Assembly (NCBI GenBank): GCA_963785235.1
Contig: CAWAUM010000011.1
Span: 192,001-256,000, forward strand
DNA: 64,000 nucleotides
Reading direction: 5' to 3'
DNA from: an uncultured delta proteobacterium
GTDB taxonomy: Bacteria; Desulfobacterota; Desulfomonilia; UBA1062
Shown here: piece by piece, positions 40,408-51,243 of the stretch
How positions within the stretch are numbered: the first letter of the stretch is position 1
Layout: each line of letters begins with the position of its first letter
The notes under the pieces: generated by a model
Seen by the model: only the letters and a program-made list of their open reading frames with translations
Told to the model about the DNA's origin: nothing
Database searches by the model: none
Made by a program: the position numbers and the translations under genes

Positions 40408-42243
40408 CTAATGCATGGCCACAGGCTCTAGGATCTGGGGTGTTATGAATATCAGGAGTTCCTTCTTGCTCTTTGAATTTGTTGTCCCCTTAAAGAGATA
40501 TCCGAGCACCGGTAGATCACCCAGAAATGGGACTTTTTGAATATTCTCTCGATCTTCTTCCTCGATGATGCCGCCGATGACGCTTGTTTCGCCGTTTTTC
40601 ACCAATACCTCTGTTACAGCTTCACGGGCTGCTATGGAAGGGTCACCCAGCGAATTGTTGATGGAGCCTAAAGAGTTTCTCTTTACATTAACCTCCATAT
40701 TCACGCTCCCGTCAAAGGCTATCCTCGGGGTTACCTCAAGGACGAGATCAATGTCCTTCAATTCGGTTGAAAGCTGGCCTTCTTGGTTTCTGACGATATA
40801 CGGATATTTTTCACCCTGACGGATTACCGCTTTCTTGTTGTCCATGGTGACGATCTTGGGCCTTGATAACACATTCACGTTTCCCGTGGTCTCGCCGATA
40901 TCGAGTCGCAGATCAAGAGCGACTGCAGTGCTGCCAAGACGTCCTACGGAAACGCCGAATCCCGCAGCCTGGTTGGTGGGGAAGTTCACCGCCATGGAAG
41001 GGTTGGGGACTGAAGTGGTGCTCCAGGTGTTACCGGAGCCGGGGAGTACGGTGGTGTTAAAGGGATTTACGGTTGGTCCGGTATTGACACCCGATAGGCC
41101 GAAAAGATATTTGCCTGACTGGTTTCTCGTTGAGCCCCCCCACTGAACGCCGAGACCCCTGGTGAAGTCGCTGTCTGCCTGGATTATCCTGGCTGAGATG
41201 AGCACCTGTGGTGTGGGCTTGTCAAGCCTTCTTACCATGGCGCTGATCTCATCGACACTCCTCTGGATATCTTTTACAATCAGGACGTTGGTTCTGTTTT
41301 CCGCAGTGATATTGCCCCGCTCGGACATGAGTCCTACCTCTTTGCCCTTGATCACGCTGGTGATTTCAGAAGCCTTTGCGAAGTTTACCGGGATGACCGA
41401 GGTGACAAGGGGCTCAAGCTGCTCCTTGGTTTTCTTTGAGGCCAGCTGTCGATCCTGAGCCTGTTTTATCTTGTCTGCAGGGGCAATGCGCACCACATTG
41501 CCCATAACCATCTTATCAAGGTCCTTGCTTTCCAGGACAACATCCAAGGCCTGGTCCCAGGGGACATCCTTGAGCCTTATGGTGATAGTCCCTTTGACCT
41601 CATCAGAGGTTACGATATTGAGTCCGCTCACGTCGGCGATGATCCTTATGATATTGTGGATATCCGCATTCTGGAAATCCAGGGTGATCTTTTCACCTAT
41701 ATACTTAGGGCCGGCATCCGTATTTATGATGTTGCTCTGGAACGGGGGTTCTTGGGACAGACCTTTGATATATGGTGTTTTGGATTCAGAGCTTTCCTGG
41801 TTCTGTATGGTAGCAGTCGTTGTGCCCAGCGCCACGGTCTTTAACGGCTGAACCTTATTCTTGATATCCTCTGGGATATCGAAGTCCATGATAAGGAGCT
41901 TGTTGTCCTGGGACACAAAGTAGGGGGTCATCTGCTTCATGGCAATATCAAAGACCACATCCTCTTTGTCCTGTCTGGGAAGGATCTCCTGAATGGCTGT
42001 TGCAAACTCGGAGGTGATATACGGCCGTGCAAGGCTGTTTGGTATTTTCGCCTTGTTCACCCTCAGCACGATGCTGTTGCCTTCACGGTTCACGTCGTAG
42101 GCAGCCTGTCCGTCAAGGCCGATCTGGAGCCTTGATTTGTTCTCCACATTCATGAAGTCCACACTCTTGATGGTCAATCCGAATGCGGTCAGCGGCATGG
42201 CCAGCAAGCCGATTATGAGTACTAGGATGGTATGTCTCTTCAT
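40408..42243 (-). CDS. pilQ: Type IV pilus secretin PilQ
   Basis: AMIN-like N-terminus, ITLDFQNADI, VPWDQALD, KVPFLGDLPVLGYLF, ELLIFITP. Confidence 0.95.
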   Translation of the reverse strand: MKRHTILVLIIGLLAMPLTAFGLTIKSVDFMNVENKSRLQIGLDGQAAYDVNREGNSIVLRVNKAKIPNSLARPYITSEFATAIQEILPRQDKEDVVFDIAMKQMTPYFVSQDNKLLIMDFDIPEDIKNKVQPLKTVALGTTTATIQNQESSESKTPYIKGLSQEPPFQSNIINTDAGPKYIGEKITLDFQNADIHNIIRIIADVSGLNIVTSDEVKGTITIRLKDVPWDQALDVVLESKDLDKMVMGNVVRIAPADKIKQAQDRQLASKKTKEQLEPLVTSVIPVNFAKASEITSVIKGKEVGLMSERGNITAENRTNVLIVKDIQRSVDEISAMVRRLDKPTPQVLISARIIQADSDFTRGLGVQWGGSTRNQSGKYLFGLSGVNTGPTVNPFNTTVLPGSGNTWSTTSVPNPSMAVNFPTNQAAGFGVSVGRLGSTAVALDLRLDIGETTGNVNVLSRPKIVTMDNKKAVIRQGEKYPYIVRNQEGQLSTELKDIDLVLEVTPRIAFDGSVNMEVNVKRNSLGSINNSLGDPSIAAREAVTEVLVKNGETSVIGGIIEEEDRENIQKVPFLGDLPVLGYLFKGTTNSKSKKELLIFITPQILEPVAMH

Positions 42244-42244
42244 G

Positions 42245-42769
42245 CTACTTTACCCCCTCTTCCTTCTTGAGAGCCAATACAACTTCTCGGGTGGTTATGC
42301 GACCCATGTAGTCTTTGAAGTGTTGTTTGATGGTAACGCCGTCTTTTGCAACCCTGGTGACAATTCCATTATTATCACCGATAAGTGTGCCTTCGGTGAT
42401 AATGTATCCCATTCCTGATGAATCCTGGATAAGGGCACGGTTCTGTTTGGAGAGGATAACTCCAACGACATAGACCTGTGAAATGGAGAGCCTCTGGAGC
42501 GCATCCGGACCCTTATCGCTACCCTGGCCTATCTCACCTGGGTTGATACCCGCGAAGGGCTGGAAAGGGTCGCGAATGCCTATTATTTGGTATTCCGGTT
42601 TTTTCTCTTCCTCCTGGACAAGCACCGGTGTAACCACTTCAGCCTTTTTCTGGGTTGCGGGATGCGGGGGCTGACCTGTTGTACCTGTTGACGGCTGCTT
42701 GCAACCTGGCAAGGCGAAGAGCACTCCGGTCAAAAGCACGATCAGGAAGGAGTAGATAATTCTTTTCAT
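42245..42769 (-). CDS. pilP: Pilus assembly lipoprotein PilP
   Basis: LPGC lipobox, RDPFQP, operon position. Confidence 0.9.
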   Translation of the reverse strand: MKRIIYSFLIVLLTGVLFALPGCKQPSTGTTGQPPHPATQKKAEVVTPVLVQEEEKKPEYQIIGIRDPFQPFAGINPGEIGQGSDKGPDALQRLSISQVYVVGVILSKQNRALIQDSSGMGYIITEGTLIGDNNGIVTRVAKDGVTIKQHFKDYMGRITTREVVLALKKEEGVK

Positions 42770-43383
42770 TTCTTCCCTCCTTTAGCTGCATCCGCAACTG
42801 GTGGTTCGGGCTTTGCCGTTTCAATGAACTTATAGGTAACGGCCTTGCAGGACGTGGCCACCATCGTACCGCCCGCGGGGTCTTTTTTAGGGGTGCCTGT
42901 AGAGATGTCCACGATGTTGACTATCCTGGGCATCCTGGAAACATTGTTAAAGAAGGTTACTATGTCGCGGTATTTCCCCTCAACCTGGATATCTACCGGG
43001 ATCTCAGCAAAAAAGTTCTTGGCAACCTCGGGCAAGGGTTTGAAAAGTTTAAACTGCAACCCCGCTGCTGTCCCCAGCGAGGAGACATTTTCCAGCAGTG
43101 TCGGTATTTCACTTTTATCAGGGAGTTGTTTCAGGGCAATGTAGAGCTTGGCCCTTGTTTGTTCAAGTTCGGCAAGGTACCTGGCTTTTTCCTTTACGAT
43201 CACCTTTTTGGCTGCAAGCTCGGACTTGAGTTGATTCAACTCCGGCTCTATGGTCCTGATATCGGTGAGTACCGGTTTGTAGAATACCTGCCAGTAGACA
43301 CCGAGGATTGCAGCCAGGATGACCACGAGGACAAGCACCTTAATAAGCGCTTTCTGTCGTAAGAGTATATCGATTATATTCAT
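42766..43383 (-). CDS. pilO: Type IV pilus protein PilO
   Basis: TM, coiled coil, LPDKSEIPTLL, FFAEIPV, PRIVNI. Confidence 0.92.
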   Translation of the reverse strand: MNIIDILLRQKALIKVLVLVVILAAILGVYWQVFYKPVLTDIRTIEPELNQLKSELAAKKVIVKEKARYLAELEQTRAKLYIALKQLPDKSEIPTLLENVSSLGTAAGLQFKLFKPLPEVAKNFFAEIPVDIQVEGKYRDIVTFFNNVSRMPRIVNIVDISTGTPKKDPAGGTMVATSCKAVTYKFIETAKPEPPVADAAKGGKK

Positions 43384-43391
43384 AATCTACC

Positions 43392-43925
43392 TCAGGCTGA
43401 CAACTTAATCGTGCACGTGATGGAAAACTTCTGTTTGCCCCCTTCTTGTTGAGAGAGCACAAGGGTCACATTATCGAAATGCTTGGATGCCTGAAGCTGT
43501 TTCATGAATGTGGCAATGGTGGTATTGTCCACTGCCTGACCTTCTATCACCATGCTGTCGCCCTTGTTGCTCAGAGAGGTGAGCCATGCCTTATCGGGGA
43601 TTATTGTGCTCAATTCATCCAGTACTTCCACCGGGCCGGTTTTCTTGGCATTGAGGTCTTGGATTACATCGAGCTTTTTTTCCAGCTCCTGTTTTTGTTG
43701 TTTGAACTTTTCGATCTCGCCGGCTTCAACGGTGAGCTTCTTGATCTCTATCTTTGTGGCTGCAACTTCCCTTATGAGGGATTCCCTCTGTGATACAATA
43801 GAGGCTTGGACGAACCATTCAAAGATGAGCGTGAGAACAACACAGAGGCCTATAAGGACTATATGCTCCACCAGGGCCTTTTTCCTCAGTTCCAGCCGGA
43901 TGGGTAATAGATTTATCTTTACCAT
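43392..43925 (-). CDS. pilN: Type IV pilus protein PilN
   Basis: INLLP N-terminal motif, TM, coiled coil. Confidence 0.92.
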   Translation of the reverse strand: MVKINLLPIRLELRKKALVEHIVLIGLCVVLTLIFEWFVQASIVSQRESLIREVAATKIEIKKLTVEAGEIEKFKQQKQELEKKLDVIQDLNAKKTGPVEVLDELSTIIPDKAWLTSLSNKGDSMVIEGQAVDNTTIATFMKQLQASKHFDNVTLVLSQQEGGKQKFSITCTIKLSA

Positions 43926-44977
43926 TTATAGTCGGCCCTCCTTAATGCAAGGCCCACGGCCACAGCCATCTGTGGTGCGATATAGGCCATATATTCCGGG
44001 TCAAACACCCTATCGTCCCATTTGATATTATTAAAGGGATTGACCACCTCAACCGGGATCTCCATCTGTTTCTCCAGCAGCTTGACAAGACCTGGTATCT
44101 TGCTGGATCCGCCACTCATGTAGATCTTCTCGATATTCTCATTGACCATGGTGGACAGGAAAAAGTCCAGTGTCCGCCTGATTTCCTGGACATAGGTTTC
44201 TGATGCCATCTTAAAGATGTAGTTGATCTTCTCAAGGTCGATGCCCTCGATGTTCGCCCCGGTCTTAATGTTCTCAGCCCGTTCGTAACTCACGCTGAAT
44301 TCGCGCTGGATCCTCTCTGTAAGCTGTCTGCCACCCATGGAGATGTCACGTGCAAAGATCGACATGCCGTCTTTAATGACATTGATGTTGATCATGGAGG
44401 CTCCGGCGTTCACGAGCGCCACAATAGACTCCGTAGCATCCGGGTAGTTGACTTCATACATGCTCTCCAGGGAGAAGACGTCGATGTCCATGAGCATGGG
44501 CTTTAAGCCGGCATTCTTTACGGCTGAAGAGTAATCATCAACCAATTCCCTCTTGGCGGCTACGATGAGCACATCCATCATGTCTGTTCGCTCCAGGCTC
44601 TCGCCTAAGATGAAGGAGTCAAAATAGACATCGTTAATATCAAAGGGTATATACTGCTCCGCCTCAACAGGGAGTGTCTGTCTGAGTTCAGCTTCGCTCT
44701 GGAGGGGGAGTTCGGCCTTTTTCACAATAACGGAATGGCCGGATATTGCAGTGGCCGCGCCGCGGGACCTCACCTTCAGGTTTTCCCTGAGGTTCTTGAT
44801 GGTATCCACCACGGTCTCAGAATCCATAATATCCTTGTCTACGATACACTCGGCAGGGATCAGGCCAAGCCCTAAGGCCTTAAGCTGGTAGCCGCTTCGT
44901 GTCTTGGCTATATCCACCATCTTGATGGATTGTGAGCCGATATCCAAACCAAGCAGATTTTTTTCAAAAAACATCAC
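43919..44977 (-). CDS. pilM: Type IV pilus assembly protein PilM
   Basis: GLDIGSQSIK, EAEQYIPF, SGGSS, AVGLALR. Confidence 0.95.
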   Translation of the reverse strand: MMFFEKNLLGLDIGSQSIKMVDIAKTRSGYQLKALGLGLIPAECIVDKDIMDSETVVDTIKNLRENLKVRSRGAATAISGHSVIVKKAELPLQSEAELRQTLPVEAEQYIPFDINDVYFDSFILGESLERTDMMDVLIVAAKRELVDDYSSAVKNAGLKPMLMDIDVFSLESMYEVNYPDATESIVALVNAGASMININVIKDGMSIFARDISMGGRQLTERIQREFSVSYERAENIKTGANIEGIDLEKINYIFKMASETYVQEIRRTLDFFLSTMVNENIEKIYMSGGSSKIPGLVKLLEKQMEIPVEVVNPFNNIKWDDRVFDPEYMAYIAPQMAVAVGLALRRADYKW

Positions 44978-44989
44978 ACCACCCCGCGA

Positions 44990-45277
44990 TCAAGACTTTT
45001 TCTTTTTGAACACTACGATGGTATCTCCGGATCTCACCAAGTTCAACTCCTTTACGATCACATGCTCGATGTATGCCATGTTGTCTTTGAGCATAGTGGC
45101 TTCCTGCATCAGCGAAGCATTTTCCTTTTCGAGCGCTGCAGTTCGATTTTTCAGAGTAGCAAGCTCGCGGTGGAGTTGATAACCTCGAATGATCCCCTTC
45201 TCGCCTGGAAGAGTGAACACGAGCAGTAACGCAATAACCAAGATCAAACCAAAGGTTAAGGAATGCGTAACTGTCAT
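44990..45277 (-). CDS. ftsB: Septum formation initiator (FtsB/DivIC family)
   Basis: TM, GEKG, leucine-zipper coil, YIEHVIVKELNLVRSGD. Confidence 0.8.
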   Translation of the reverse strand: MTVTHSLTFGLILVIALLLVFTLPGEKGIIRGYQLHRELATLKNRTAALEKENASLMQEATMLKDNMAYIEHVIVKELNLVRSGDTIVVFKKKKS

Positions 45278-45466
45278 TGTGTTTACTATACTCCATTTGT
45301 ATTGGGATCGCATTAAAAATCAGTTCTTCCCTATGCATAGCCTATCTATCGGGAAGGGGAAAGTGAATCTTTAGGAAAATATCAAATTGGTAACAGAGGT
45401 TGTCGAGGGAATAGGAATTTGGCTTGCCGGGTTACGATGTCGTAATGATAGTTCCCATTGTGATGG

Positions 45467-46120
45467 TCATCTTGAGAACCGGTAATGGATCCCTGTGCCC
45501 AAACCCAGAAGAAAGCCGCCAATATGGGAAAACCACGCCACCGAACTTGCAGAGTGCATACTGAGGTACCCATGTACACCCTGGATGAAGAACCAGATGA
45601 GGATGAAGATAATGGAAGGGACCTCAATAATCTCAATCAGCAGAATCAATGGGATCAATGTAAGAATACGACCCTTGGGGTTCAGGATAAGATAGGCCCC
45701 CATGACGGCTGCAATGGCACCTGAGGCGCCCACCACAGGGACGGATGACTGGGGATTTATTATGGTGTGTGCATAGAAGGCTGCAAAGATTGCAACGATA
45801 TAGAAGAGCATAAAGCGAATTACTCCCAGATTCTTTTCCAAGGGCGGGCCGAAGACTGACAAGAAGATGAGATTACCGATGAGATGGATGTAGCCTGAAT
45901 GGATGAACCCCGAGGCAAGAATGGCCGTATGTACCTTTAAAAAATTTGTATTGCCTACGATGAGGTACCCGGCAATATCAGCAGGGCTTACGCGAAACAT
46001 ATGAAATAGCTGTTCGCCGAGCCTGATCTCCTGAATGAACATAGCTAGGTTCAAGATTATAAGACAGGCGGTTGCTGGGGCAAAACCTCTGGGGGCGCTT
46101 GTGTCCCGGACGGGGATCAT
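45467..46120 (-). CDS. Rhomboid family intramembrane serine protease
   Basis: FIH..HLIGN, GASG, AWFSHIGGF. Confidence 0.92.
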   Translation of the reverse strand: MIPVRDTSAPRGFAPATACLIILNLAMFIQEIRLGEQLFHMFRVSPADIAGYLIVGNTNFLKVHTAILASGFIHSGYIHLIGNLIFLSVFGPPLEKNLGVIRFMLFYIVAIFAAFYAHTIINPQSSVPVVGASGAIAAVMGAYLILNPKGRILTLIPLILLIEIIEVPSIIFILIWFFIQGVHGYLSMHSASSVAWFSHIGGFLLGLGTGIHYRFSR

Positions 46121-46188
46121 GGGTGAAGCAATACCATGAAAAGATCTATGGGGCAAGGTGATCGCATTATGGTATATATGTACTTGCC

Positions 46189-46407
46189 ATGAGACAACTC
46201 GGGACCCCGCTTATCTTTGCCGGTATCATAGTGATACTTCTGGGCATCTTTTTTAGTATGGGAGGCAGCTTATCCTGGCTGGGAAGGTTGCCCGGCGATA
46301 TGAGGATTACAAGGCCGGGCTTCAATTTCTATTTCCCCATAACAACGTCCATATTTTTAAGCATCATAGTCAGCCTGGTGCTGTACCTTATCAGGCATTT
46401 CAGATGA
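46189..46407 (+). CDS. DUF2905 family membrane protein
   Basis: LGRLPGD..FYFPITTS. Confidence 0.9.
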   Translation: MRQLGTPLIFAGIIVILLGIFFSMGGSLSWLGRLPGDMRITRPGFNFYFPITTSIFLSIIVSLVLYLIRHFR

Positions 46408-47675
46408 GAGATGTGTCTTTAGACAACTTCATTGCATGGTTTGTTCGCATGAACTCAAAGGCCAGCTTTACCTTTGATGAAGGGGGGAGAGCATTTCATC
46501 CGGTTGCACCTTCTCATCCGGTTAATCTTTACATCCACATTCCATTTTGCGTGCAGCTCTGCCCGTACTGCTCTTTCCACCGTTATCAATTTGAAGAGGG
46601 TGTGGCCAGGGAATATTTCCTGGCATTGAGACAGGAGTTGCAGCTCTATGCGCAGAAGGGTTTTTGTTTCTCATCGGTCTATATAGGGGGCGGAACCCCA
46701 ACGGTCCTGATGGATGAGCTTTTTTGTACCATCGGGCTCATCAATACCCTGTTCTCTCCGGCAGAGATTTCTGTAGAGACAAACCCGGACCGTCTTGATA
46801 AAGGGCTCCTGGCTTCTCTTGCCAATGCGGGGGTGGGAAGGGTATCGGTGGGCATCCAGAGCTTTTCTGACGAGATCTTGAAGGCTATCGGGCGATATGA
46901 AAAGTACGGCAGCGGAGATGAACTGGCCCACAAGGTCTCAGAGGCAATGGGTATTGTGGAAACCTTGAATGTGGACATGATATACAACTTCCCCATTCAG
47001 GACTCCTCTATGCTCGAACATGACCTCAGGACACTTCTGAAGATTCTCCCGGACCAGGTCACCTTCTATCCTCTTATGATATCCCAGGCCACCCGTGCTC
47101 AGATGGAAGGTATCATGGGGAAAGGCAGCCCTGAGACAGGGAGGTTTTTTTATGCCATGATTACATCAGAGCTTGAATCTGTGTATACGCCAAATTCAGC
47201 GTGGTGCTTTTCCCGGGGCGGTGCACCCATGATCGATGAATACGTGGTTGGCGGCCAGGAGTACGCAGGAGCCGGTAGCGGTGCCTTTGGTCTGGTGAAT
47301 GGGGTAATGTATGCGAATACCTTTTCACTACCAGAGTATGTGAAATCGATAAAATCCTCTAAGCTGCCCATCAAACATGCCAAGACCTTCTCGCGCCATG
47401 AAATGGCCCGCTACTGCCTTCTCATGAACCTTTTCGGACTCAAGCTTGATCTCGGATTATTCAGACAACGTTTCGGGCATTCCGTGTGGAGGCTGCTCGG
47501 GCCGGAGATACTCTTTTTTATTCTGGCCGGGGCTTTTCGCATAACACCCGGACAGATAAGCCTGACCAAGCGTGGGCGATACTACTGGGTCATCATGATG
47601 AGAGAATTCTTTACCGGTGTGGACAATTTTCGTGATGCAAGCAGGGAGGCTGTTCTCCTTAAAGCAGGCGATTGA
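46404..47675 (+). CDS. HemN-like class C radical SAM protein, probable menaquinone methyltransferase (MenK/MqnK-like)
   Basis: YIHIPFCVQLCPYCSF, GGGTPT, QVTFYPLM, AWCFS, IDEYV, GAGSGAF, MMREFFTG. Confidence 0.7.
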   Translation: MRDVSLDNFIAWFVRMNSKASFTFDEGGRAFHPVAPSHPVNLYIHIPFCVQLCPYCSFHRYQFEEGVAREYFLALRQELQLYAQKGFCFSSVYIGGGTPTVLMDELFCTIGLINTLFSPAEISVETNPDRLDKGLLASLANAGVGRVSVGIQSFSDEILKAIGRYEKYGSGDELAHKVSEAMGIVETLNVDMIYNFPIQDSSMLEHDLRTLLKILPDQVTFYPLMISQATRAQMEGIMGKGSPETGRFFYAMITSELESVYTPNSAWCFSRGGAPMIDEYVVGGQEYAGAGSGAFGLVNGVMYANTFSLPEYVKSIKSSKLPIKHAKTFSRHEMARYCLLMNLFGLKLDLGLFRQRFGHSVWRLLGPEILFFILAGAFRITPGQISLTKRGRYYWVIMMREFFTGVDNFRDASREAVLLKAGD

Positions 47676-47728
47676 AGTGACCCCTGCATAGCCTTCCAGA
47701 CATTTTGTTGCGAGAGGAAAAAACCTTA

Positions 47729-47779
47729 CCCGTTCAAAACATGCATCTTGGTGAAACCAAGATGCATGTTTTGAACGGG
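47729..47779. repeat. Perfect 24-bp inverted repeat with a 3-nt loop between convergent genes
   Basis: CCCGTTCAAAACATGCATCTTGGT-GAA-ACCAAGATGCATGTTTTGAACGGG. Confidence 0.9.
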
Positions 47780-47845
47780 CCAATTTTTGGTTTGCATCTC
47801 AAGGATTCTTTTGTTGTGAAATGTTCTGATGAGGGTAAAAAGCCC

Positions 47846-49192
47846 TCAAGCCGACTCACTGTCAAGCTTCTCAATGAGGAAATCAATCTCCCGCTTCACC
47901 TTGAGGTTCTGTGTGTACTGGGCCTCGATTGTCTCTAGGGAGTGGATGACAGAGGAGTGCTTCCGGGAGAAGGCCTCGCCAATGATCTGCAGCGGCTCCT
48001 CAGTATAACGTCTGCACAGGAAGATAGCCACCTGGCGTGGATATACGATGTCCTTCTTCCGTGAAGGTGAGACAATCTTGTCTTTGGGTATGGAAAAATT
48101 TTTCGAGATGAAATCAAGAATATACGGGATGTTTATCCGCTGCTGTTTTTCCAGGGTCCCTTCAAGGAGTTCCCGGGCAAGCTCCAGGGTGATCGTACGC
48201 TTCATGAGAGAGCTCATGGCGGAAATGGTCATCACCGCACTTTCCAAGTCCCTGATGCTGGTATGGATGGTATTGCTCATGAACTCCACCACCTCATCGG
48301 GCATGCTTACCCCGTTCTTTTTTGCCTTGTGGCGGACAATCTTGGCCCTCGTTGTCTTATCAGGGCGCTTGATATCGATAACGAGCCCAGAAGATAAGCG
48401 TGACCTGAGTCCCTTGTCGATCTGGGGTATGGAAGTGGGCGGACGGAAGCCCGAGAGGATCACCTGCTTGCCCGCACTGATGAGGTCGTCAAGCACATGG
48501 CATAATTCAACCTGGGTCTTTTCCTTATTTTTGAAGAGATGGACATCATCAATAAAAAAGATATCCATGTTTTGGCTTCGGTATGAGCTTTTGAAGGAAC
48601 TGAGAAAATTGTTTCTCACCGAGTGGACATAATCCTGCGTAAAGTCCCTGGCTGTAGTGTACCGCACACTGGTCCCATTGCGTAATGAAACGAGCTTGTT
48701 CCCTATGGCATGGGAGATGTGGCTCTTTCCAAGACCCACATCGGAATAAAAGTACAGAGGGTTATACCGGCGCAGATCCCCTTCGGAGACCGCAAGTGCC
48801 GCCTCATAGGCAAAGGCATTGCATTTGCCCACTACAAACTCGTCAAAGGTGAATTGGGCATTGAGTCCGGATGAGGCCGGCGTTGGAAGATGTGAGGGCA
48901 GGCTCATCTGAATGGGAAGGCTATCAGCCTGCGCCGGCCTTTGTGCCTGATGCTCGCTGAGAGGATTTACGCAGAACTCAACATCTGCCGGTCTGCCGAG
49001 ATGAGACCTGACAGATGAGATGATAAGATCTTTATAAACCCGGGATATATGCCTCTGGGCAAAGACATTGGGACAGCGGACAAAGACAGTGCCATCCTCC
49101 TCACAGATATCGATCTGGTCTATGAGCGCCCTGTCCGATGCGGCATGCGACATTGAGAGAATAGATTCTTTAATAATTGCAAAGTGATTCAC
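47846..49192 (-). CDS. dnaA: DnaA-family protein (divergent, probably a paralog)
   Basis: FTFDEFVVGKCN, YNPLYF..VGLGKSH, IDDVH, RSRLSSG, domain IV PRQVAIFLCR; no dnaN or rpmH nearby. Confidence 0.85.
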   Translation of the reverse strand: MNHFAIIKESILSMSHAASDRALIDQIDICEEDGTVFVRCPNVFAQRHISRVYKDLIISSVRSHLGRPADVEFCVNPLSEHQAQRPAQADSLPIQMSLPSHLPTPASSGLNAQFTFDEFVVGKCNAFAYEAALAVSEGDLRRYNPLYFYSDVGLGKSHISHAIGNKLVSLRNGTSVRYTTARDFTQDYVHSVRNNFLSSFKSSYRSQNMDIFFIDDVHLFKNKEKTQVELCHVLDDLISAGKQVILSGFRPPTSIPQIDKGLRSRLSSGLVIDIKRPDKTTRAKIVRHKAKKNGVSMPDEVVEFMSNTIHTSIRDLESAVMTISAMSSLMKRTITLELARELLEGTLEKQQRINIPYILDFISKNFSIPKDKIVSPSRKKDIVYPRQVAIFLCRRYTEEPLQIIGEAFSRKHSSVIHSLETIEAQYTQNLKVKREIDFLIEKLDSESA

Positions 49193-49450
49193 AAAAAACC
49201 CCCACAGAGAGTAAATTCATAGTTAACGGGTGACATAATGGGTCTAGTGAAAAAAAAGGTCAAAGGTGAAACACCCCGGTTATAGGTAGACCGTGTTAAT
49301 TTTGTGTAAAGGGAAATAACTATAGTAATATTAATAACATGAATAGCGGATCGCGACATTCAGGGCATCTGGTGGCACCCGTTCAGGACTCTGGTCGTAC
49401 CTGGTTCCGGAAGTCTTATCTACATTTTGTAGAAAACTGATGAGCTCTTA

Positions 49451-50885
49451 TTATCTTGATCTTTCTTTGAAAACTTTGAGATTACGATAGATGAGTGAAT
49501 ACTGCCCGGCAGGTTTTGCCCAGCTCACATCGAGTTCCATTGCATTGCTTATCATAGCATTAAGCAGGTCTCTCTCATCTTTAAAGATTCTGCATGCCTG
49601 TGAGACCGCATGCAGCAGTGCTTCCGTGTCTGGGGTAGGTCACCCGCAGGCCTGTGGGGTTATCGCCTTCGCCAAGGGCAGTGACCGTATCCCGTAAGCC
49701 CCCTACACCGGTAACGATGGGGATGGTACCATAGCGCATGCTGATCAGCTGGTTTAGCCCGCACGGCTCGAACCGGGAAGGCATGAGAAAAAAATCAGAT
49801 CCTGCCTCGATGGCATGGGCCTTTGTCTCATCGAACCCTATGAAGATACCGACCTGTCCGCCGAATTCCTGATGGAGTTCGGCGAGTTTGCGCTCAAAGG
49901 CAGGGTTCCCGTTTCCGAGAATGACTAATTTGGCACCCATGGCCGCTATCTTCGGGATGGCATCCAGTACGCAATCGATGCCCTTCTGCTCAACGAGGCG
50001 GCTGATGAGCCCGAATACCGGGGCGTCGTCAAGGGCCAATGAGAACATCTCCAGTAGAGCCCTTTTGCACAAGGCCTTGCCCTTTAAATCCCTTGCAGAA
50101 TACTGAGAAGCTATGAGGATGTCTTCAGCCGGATTCCATGTATCGATATCTATGCCGTTGGCAATACCGGTGAGCTTATATGAAATGGCTTTGAGGAGCC
50201 CATCGAGGCCGCTTCCGAACTCACTTGTCTGGATCTCCTGGGCATAAGTGGGGCTCACGGTATTCACTGCATCGGCAAATATAAGCCCGGCCTTCATGAT
50301 GTTTATCCTGCCATAATATTCCATGGCATCAGGGTGGAATAACTCGTGCGGCAGGAAGAGCATGGACCAGAGTATGGCATCGAAGAGGCCCTGGTAGGCT
50401 AGGTTATGGATGGTGAACAGGCTGCCGACCTTCTCGATGCCTGCGTCTTTCATGTAGGCAAGCACCAGGGCTGTCTGCCAGTCATTGCAGTGGACGATAT
50501 CCACATCACCCATGAGCCTGATCATCTCCACACATGCCCGCGAGAAGAAGGCGAAGCGCTCGAGGTTATCCGGATAATCGTAGCCCGCAAAGGAATACAG
50601 ACCTGTCCGGTCAGAGAACAGCGGATGCGAAATGAAGTAGGTCGTGCCATGCGAGAAGATCTTCGCTTCCGAAATCCCCGTTCCGGTGAGGACCGATATA
50701 TCGCCATGGGGCTTCAGTGCAAGTCCCATGTTCATGACTTCACGGTACAGCGGCATCACCACGGAACAATCAATACCCTGCCGGTTAAGCTCGGCAGGCA
50801 GGGCCGCGCTTACATCCGCCAGTCCCCCGGTCTTTGCATACGGAGTGACCTCGGATGAACATACCAATACCTTCATAACAGCCAT
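49451..50885 (-). CDS. glgA: Glycogen synthase; frameshift near 49630
   Basis: KTGGLADV, HCNDWQT, TIHNLAYQG, SRLVEQKG, PSRFEPCGL; C-terminus ...DVSWAKPAGQY... in another frame to TAA 49451. Confidence 0.94.
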
Positions 50886-50936
50886 AGTTTATACCATACA
50901 CTAAGAATGGTCGGGCAGTAAAGACAAGGGAGTACA

Positions 50937-51112
50937 AACCCGGATTTTACAGGTGGACATGTCCATGAATAGGTTCTGTACTTCAGAAGCACCTTAAACA
51001 GTAAACCAAAAGTGTCCATGGATTGCTTTTAAAATAGGCCGTTCATCCTTCACTTGCAGCTCAGGACAGAAATTAGCATTCCCAAACTGCATGAATGCAC
51101 AAAATCCATGGG
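50937..51112 (-). mobile_element. Degenerate MITE-like element, copy C
   Basis: Starts AACCCGGATTTTACA and ends TGCACAAAATCC; partial identity to the reverse complement of copy A. Confidence 0.45.
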
Positions 51113-51243
51113 ATACAAGGGGTTCTTCCTATGGAAGTATCCTTTTATATCAGAGAAAAGATCCCTGCATAAAAATAAAAGATCACACATGACATCAGAA
51201 CGTGAGGTTTACTTTTAGTGCGCTATCGGGTTAAGCTGAGTTC

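Noticed and set aside
49193-49450. oriC upstream of the dnaA-like gene
   Set aside because: No perfect TTATCCACA boxes, only two imperfect ones, and the gene context is atypical.
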